A stretch of DNA of 63,740 bases, the filler included, from an uncultured virus (IMG/VR IMGVR_UViG_2061766007_003500) (Duplodnaviria; Heunggongvirae; Uroviricota; Caudoviricetes). It is 13 parts of one record of this genome, joined end to end, with 100 filler letters (N's around TTAATTAATTAA, not from the genome) between each part and the next. Parts side by side here need not be neighbours in the genome. Positions count along the whole stretch, not along the records: positions 55,379 to 63,740 come from IMGVR_UViG_2061766007_003500; 12 more parts are not named here. One strand, written 5' to 3'. Positions within the stretch are counted from its first letter, which is position 1. The number at the start of each line of letters is the position of its first letter. A program made the position numbers and the translations under genes. The notes under the pieces were generated by a model. The model saw only the letters and a list, made by a program, of their open reading frames with translations. It had not been told where the DNA came from and did not search any database. Below, in pieces: positions 58,003-63,740 of the stretch.

Positions 58003-59677
58003 GGAAACTACGCCGCATTTTCAAATTCAAAAGGCGAGATAACTTCAAGAAAAGTAGAGTGCCCGAAATTCAAAGCCGATGCGCTTTCATTCGGAAAGAA
58101 AAGAAAGTCCGCCTCGGAGCGGGCGGCCAGAATGTGCCTCGCCCTTTTGGACTTGCAGAAGTACGACCGCTCGAATCACTTTGACAGGGCGACGGAAATA
58201 CCGCTTCCCATAACGTCAAAAAAATTCACGGAATTGCTGGGAAACAGCGAGAACGTCTCGCTCGCAATATCAAATCTAATTTCGATAGGCGTTTTGGAGG
58301 AATTCAGGGAAAGTTACGTTTTCGTCTCCGAAGGGACGAAATTCCCCAAGATGTTTCAAACCCGCTCCAAGTCATACCTTCTGCATTATTGCAACGAAGT
58401 CAAGTTCCGGGATTACTGCCGGATAAACGGCCTTTCGCCTTGGACTAAGAAAGAGAACAAATGGAAAAGCCTCTCCGAGCTTTCCGAATTGAGAAAAGAG
58501 CTGTCGGACGGATTGGACGACTACAAATTCAACCAAAAGACCAACGTAAAACGAAGGAAGAACGAGACGGTCGCCCAATGCGAGGAGCGGGTCAAGCGGA
58601 ATCTTCTGTCAAAATACCCCATGCTGGGAGAGCTTTTGAGGAACATCTCGGAATTCAACTCCCTGCAAAAGGACGACTGCCGCAAGCTCAAGGCCGAGCC
58701 GAATTTGACTTGGAATTCGAAGAAGACGAAAATAAAGTCAATCGGCATACGCGCCTACTGCGAGCTTTGCTCCGCGCCTAAGAAGTGGAGGCCGTCAAGC
58801 CGCCCTCATTCTTTGCCTTGGAAAGACCGGCAAGAGGCTCTTTCGGCGATNNNNNNNNNNNNNNNNNNNGGGAAGATTCTTGAACACCGGCTTATACCCG
58901 CCGCAAGGCGAGGACTGCTACAAAGAGATATTCGACATCGCCAAATCCTACGACAGTCCGGACAATCCCTTTTTGAGGGAAAGTTGGAGCGAGGCGAACA
59001 GAAAGGCGATGAAGTCGCTTTTCATGCTCGCCAACTTCAGCCCCTCCTACAAAAAGGCGGACGCCGGATTGAGGTGGAATATGAGAAGGAGCGACGCCAT
59101 TTACGAATTGAGCGGGGACGAGCTCCAAGAGCAAAGGAATTACATAAAGTACTGNNNNNNNNNNNNNNNNNNNNNNNNNNNNNNNNNNNNNNNNNNNNNN
59201 NNNNNNNNNNNNNNNNNNNNNNNNNNNNNNNNNNNNNNNNNNNNNNNNNNNNNNNNNNNNNNNNNNTCCTTCGTATCGGAAGAGGAATTCAACGAAATCA
59301 TAAAAGAGGAGTACGAATCCTTCAAGAGAAAGTACCCGGAGTTGTTCAACGACTCCTCCTCTAAAAACGACTATAAATATGTATCATACTCCAATGCTTG
59401 TACTCATTCTCTTTTAAATTACGTTAAAAATTCAGTTACTGGAGTACTTAACCTTAACTTTNNNNNNNNNNNNNNNNNNNNNNNNNNNNNNNNNNNNNNN
59501 NNNNNNNNNNAAATGTTAAACAGTAGTGAAAAGAAAAGGAGAGGGTGGGGGATTAGGGCGAGGGGAAGGCCGAAAGGCGGAGGATTCCTCGGATTTGACT
59601 TGAATTCTTTAGTTGATTCGGCTCTCGCGGATGACCGTTCGGAAATCGATTTGCCCGAATCGTATGAATCGGCTTGA
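58003..59677 (+). CDS. Large hypothetical protein: winged-HTH-like N-terminus and PolA-fold-like motifs (gapped)
   Basis: AISNLISIGVL...Y...SKSY; IGIRAY; EDCY...NRKAMKSLFMLANF. Confidence 0.45.
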
Positions 59678-59761
59678 TTTTATATATTTTATGTGTGGCG
59701 GTAGGCCACTTATATTTATACTCTCTCCGCGCTTGATTTCGGAGGGAAAGGAGAAAAACGG

Positions 59762-61563
59762 ATGAAAACGAAAAGAAACTTCATCAAATCGGAATCGGAA
59801 GCTGAGAATCAGTTTGAGGTTGATGAGCAGCTTGTGGATGAAATCGCCAATTCTGAGGAATTCAAGGATGTCGAGGTTACCAATGATGATGTAATCGACG
59901 CCATTCAGGCGATTGACGCTTTGGCCGATGCGGTCATCGAAAAGGCTGACGTTGAGGAGAAGGTACTTGACGCCGACCAGCTTTTGGATGAAGTCCGCGA
60001 TATGATTGACGAAACTCACGAAGATGAGGAGGAGCTTGAAGAGGAAGAGGAGCTTCCCGAAGAGTTGGCCAATTCAGCCGTCCGCGTCATGGTTTCCGAA
60101 GACGGAGCGGTCGCCCTTGAGCAGACTCCCGACGAAGTTTATAACGATGAGTTGGATGGCGTAGAGTGCACGGTTTACGACACTTGCAATCTTCCGCCCG
60201 TTGAGGTCGAGGAGACCGGAGCGACTGATGAAAATACCGATGATGAGATGCTTGTCATTGGAAATTCAAAGTCAAAGAGTTATAAGAAAGGCTTCTTGAA
60301 AATCGCCTCTTCNNNNNNNNNNNNNNNNNNNNNNNNNNNNNNNNNNNNNNNNNNNNNNNNNNNNNNNNNNNNNNNNNNNNNNNNNNNNNNNNNNNNNNNN
60401 NNNNNNNNNNNNNNNNNNNNNNNNNNNNNNNNNNNNNNNNNNNNNNNNNNNNNNNNNNNNNNNNNNNNNNNNNNNNNNNNNNNNNNNNNNNNNNNNNNNN
60501 NNNNNNNNNNNNNNNNNNNNNNNNNNNNNNNNNNNNNNNNNNNNNNNNNNNNNNNNNNNNNNNNNNNNNNNNNNNNNNNNNNNNNNNNNNNNNNNNNNNN
60601 NNNNNNNNNNNNNNNNNNNNNNNNNNNNNNNNNNNNNNNNNNNNNNNNNNNNNNNNNNNNNNNNNNNNNNNNNNNNNNNNNNNNNNNNNNNNNNNNNNNN
60701 NNNNNNNNNNNNNNNNNNNNNNNNNNNNNNNNNNNNNNNNNNNNNNNNNNNNNNNNNNNNNNNNNNNNNNNNNNNNNNNNNNNNNNNNNNNNNNNNNNNN
60801 NNNNNNNNNNNNNNNNNNNNNNNNNNNNNNNNNNNNNNNNNNNNNNNNNNNNNNNNNNNNNNNNNNNNNNNNNNNNNNNNNNNNNNNNNNNNNNNNNNNN
60901 NNNNNNNNNNNNNNNNNNNNNNNNNNNNNNNNNNNNNNNNNNNNNNNNNNNNNNNNNNNNNNNNNNNNNNNNNNNNNNNNNNNNNNNNNNNNNNNNNNNN
61001 NNNNNNNNNNNNNNNNNNNNNNNNNNNNNNNNNNNNNNNNNNNNNNNNNNNNNNNNNNNNNNNNNNNNNNNNNNNNNNNNNNNNNNNNNNNNNNNNNNNN
61101 NNNNNNNNNNNNNNNNNNNNNNNNNNNNNNNNNNNNNNNNNNNNNNNNNNNNNNNNNNNNNNNNNNNNNNNNNNNNNNNNNNNNNNNNNNNNNNNNNNNN
61201 NNNNNNNNNNNNNNNNNNNNNNNNNNNNNNNNNNNNNNNNNNNNNNNNNNNNNNNNNNNNNNAGTCTAGAATGGACAAGATGAAGGAAGCCCGCCGCGCC
61301 GCGATTCGCTCTCGCATCGAAAAGCGAGTGAGCGAAAAGAAGGCCTTGGCTTCGCGCCGCGAGCTTAAAGACNNNNNNNNNNNNNNNNNNNNNNNNNNNN
61401 NNNNNNNNNNNNNNNNNNNNNNNNNNNNNNNNNNNNNNNNNNNNNNNNNNNNNNNNNNNNNNNNNNNNNNNNNNNNNNNATGAACGAAGAGAAGATTCTC
61501 ATCAAGCAGGGCGCGAATCGCAATGCCGATGTGTTGTCGGCTATGTATAAGAATATGTTCTAA
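59762..61563 (+). CDS. Large acidic/coiled-coil head-associated (scaffold/core-like) protein, gapped
   Basis: AAGGAG RBS. Very D/E-rich N-terminus, R/K-rich helical C-terminus, ends LSAMYKNMF*. Confidence 0.55.
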
Positions 61564-61571
61564 CTTTGAAT

Positions 61572-61592
61572 GCCGGGGGCTTTGCCCCCGGC
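61572..61592 (+). terminator. Probable terminator hairpin
   Basis: GCCGGGGGC-TTT-GCCCCCGGC just after the stop; tail lies in a gap. Confidence 0.6.
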
Positions 61593-61735
61593 TATNNNNN
61601 NNNNNNNNNNNNNNNNNNNNNNNNNNNNNNNNNNNNNNNNNNNNNNNNNNNNNNNNNNNNNNNNNNNNNNNNNNNNNNNNNNNNNNNNNNNNNNNNNNNN
61701 NNNNNNNNNNNNNNNNNNNNNNNNNNNNNNNNNNN

Positions 61736-62855
61736 AACAAGCGCAACAACGATGTCATTGAAATAAAGTCCGGACGCTTGGACGATGTACTTCATCGTTT
61801 CATCGTTCAGTCGCTTTTCGGATTGCAGAATAAAGTCGGCGTTAAGAAAAATGTCTATCGAGACGCCTTCTTCGTTCCTTCGAAGGTAGTCAACAATTTG
61901 GTTATTTTTGAAGACCCGGTCGGAAGAAAGTTTACGGTCGAAGGCGCGAGTCCGAGAGCCGTATTGAATTTTTACGATGAGGCCGCCGCGGTAGGAGCTG
62001 ACGATTGCGTCTTGCTTTTGAGCGGATTCAAGCCTTATACAAGGGATTGCGCTCCGAAAACGGCTGGAATCNNNNNNNNNNNNNNNNNNNNNNNNTTGAA
62101 GAGCTCTTTGGATTTGGACGATTATTCGGTGATGCCTGACACAAGGCTCATCAATGATGTCGGACAGACGATTGTCGGCAACTTCTTGTGCTCTTCCGCT
62201 GACAAAGTTTCAATGATGACATTTAACGAGGACTTGAAGAAAGTGTTCTCTTCGAATGCCGTAGCGAAACGCGGAATTACATCGAACGCCGTAAGGGTTA
62301 GAAACCCATTGGCGCTGAAGGCTAAGAAAGAGTTGGCTTCGGCGGCGGGAAGAAAGGCTTTGTGCGAGTATTTGAATTCCAAGTACCCGGAAGGCCTTTG
62401 CGTATCCTCGCTTGAACAGGTGATGGCGTATGAGTCGCCTTCGATTATGAAGGCCGCGAATGTTGACAGCGATATTTCCTACAAAGGATTGTTTTCAACG
62501 TATCTTCAGAATTCGGAGAGCGCCGCGTTCAGATTGGATTCCAACAAGTCCATATTGTGCACTTTGAGCGTTCCCGGAANNNNNNNNNNNNNNNNNNNNN
62601 NNNNNNNNNNNNNNNNNNNNNNNNNNNNNNNNNNNNNNNNNNNNNNNNNNNNNNNNNNNNNNNNNNNNNNNNNNNNNNNNNNNNNNNNNNNNNNNNNNNN
62701 NNNNNNNNNNNNNNNNNNNNNNNGAAAAGATGGTTAACAAGGTCAATCTTGTTTCCAAGCTTAATGGCCAAGAGGTCAAGTCCGAATTGTCGAATTATGG
62801 AATAGATGACAAAGAGGGCGTGTTCTCTTCCCTTGTTCAGATAATTGTGAATTAA
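61736..62855 (+). CDS. Putative virion/head protein (gapped)
   Basis: Long frame rich in [ILV]-x-S motifs; ends VFSSLVQIIVN*. Confidence 0.5.
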
Positions 62856-62861
62856 TTAAAG

Positions 62862-62885
62862 TCGCGGCTGAGAAATTGGCCGCGA
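62862..62885 (+). terminator. Probable terminator hairpin
   Basis: TCGCGGC...GCCGCGA stem after the stop; tail lies in a gap. Confidence 0.5.
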
Positions 62886-62936
62886 NNNNNNNNNNNNNNN
62901 NNNNNNNNNNNNNNNNNNNNNNNNNNNNNNNNNNNN

Positions 62937-63342
62937 GATATTTACTTTAGGAATTTTGACGCTTGGGGCAACGGCGAGAGCGTTAAAGAAAGAATAATGG
63001 ATGCCGGAAAGGATGAGGAGTTTGACGATGTCATATCCGACTTGTATCCGGACGGCATAGACGCCACCAAGTTGAATGACATCCTTTCATTTGACAGCGA
63101 TTGGGTTTATTCCACTTTGGGNNNNNNNNNNNNNNNNNNNNNNNNNNNNNNNNNNNNNNNNNNNNNNNNNNNNNNNNNNNNNNNNNNNNNNNNNNNNNNN
63201 NNNNNNNNNNNNNNNNNNNNNNNNNNNNNNNNNNNNNNNNNNNNNNNNNAAGGTCGATGCCAAGAATTCCACTTTAGTCAAGCGCCTTAAAGCCGCGGGT
63301 TATTCCGAGGAAAGCGGCAATTTGAGATTTTCATTGAATTAA
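62937..63342 (+). CDS. Hypothetical protein (gapped)
   Basis: FDAWG...LYPDGIDATKLNDILSFD...LG pattern recalled from gut-phage hypothetical proteins. Confidence 0.5.
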
Positions 63343-63692
63343 TCTTGGCTTTCGTTGAAATAAGCCGAATCTACGTCGCCTTCCGTGAATGGGAGGCGAT
63401 ATTTTTTTGCCAATCGCAAGGCTTGCGCTTTGGTCAATCCTTTTTCATACATTTTGTGGAGCATCAATGCTTCGAAGAATGCCGCGCTGCACGATTTCAG
63501 CGTTCCGTTGAAAAGGACTCGTTGCAATGGATTTTTTCTGTAGCATTTGTTGTTGTAGTGCCAGATGGTCTTTTCGTCCGTCCAGTAAAAGTGAATTCCG
63601 CCTTGGTTCAAGGATGGGGGAATCAGCTTGATTTTGAGGCTTGGGTCTTTGACTTTCGCTTTAATCGCTTCGAATAAACAATTGCTAAGCAT
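63339..63692 (-). CDS. Hypothetical protein
   Basis: GGAGG RBS; SNC..EA.KAK...HFYW..HY. Confidence 0.7.
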   Translation of the reverse strand: MLSNCLFEAIKAKVKDPSLKIKLIPPSLNQGGIHFYWTDEKTIWHYNNKCYRKNPLQRVLFNGTLKSCSAAFFEALMLHKMYEKGLTKAQALRLAKKYRLPFTEGDVDSAYFNESQD

Positions 63693-63716
63693 TTCCGAAC
63701 CTCCTTTACGATAGGT

Positions 63717-63740
63717 ATTATAACATTTAGTTAAATGAAA
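63717..63740 (-). promoter_or_regulatory. Early promoter motif copy (cut by window end)
   Basis: TTTCATTTAACTAAATGTTATAAT upstream of 63692. Confidence 0.7.

Larger units (their letters stand above)
1..63740. mobile_element. Tailed bacteriophage (myovirus-like) draft genome, concatenated scaffolds
   Basis: Large terminase, tail sheath/tube/baseplate genes, phage-type replisome, dense short ORFs with AGGAGG-like RBSs. No host housekeeping operons, integrase or rRNA seen. Confidence 0.97.

Noticed and set aside
1..63740. Stop-codon reassignment
   Set aside because: Conserved genes read through under code 11, and TAA, TAG and TGA all terminate genes at sensible positions.

Overview
Draft genome of a tailed dsDNA phage with a contractile (myovirus-type) tail. 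It is stitched from about 13 scaffolds by 12 artificial N-TTAATTAATTAA-N linkers and has many internal N gaps, so gene order across linkers is not biological and many ORFs change frame at gaps. Recognisable modules are as follows. (i) Dense arrays of small hypothetical genes (about 1.1-11.6 kb on +, 16.3-27.7 kb on -) driven by a repeated CTTTAC(T/A)-N17-TATAAT promoter. (ii) A ThyX-like protein, a C39-type peptidase and the large terminase (11.7-16.1 kb). (iii) A T4-ordered tail/baseplate operon on - (28.8-42.8 kb): sheath, tube, gp54-, gp26-, gp51-, tape-measure-, gp48-, gp53-, gp27-like proteins, spike, spike tip, gp25/6/7-like wedge and a fibre. (iv) A replication/transcription block on - (43-57 kb): primase, two sigma-like proteins, GroES, HNH, DNA MTase, intein-containing RecA/UvsX, gp32-like SSB, family-B polymerase, clamp loader and sliding clamp. 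(v) An HTH/PolA-fold-like protein and acidic head-associated proteins (58-63 kb). The most unusual element is a non-coding cassette at 21123-21311 (-): a GC-rich rod hairpin RNA followed directly by a tRNA mimic whose anticodon arm is symmetrically extended by 14 nt. All protein assignments come from motif recognition by eye; no searches were run.
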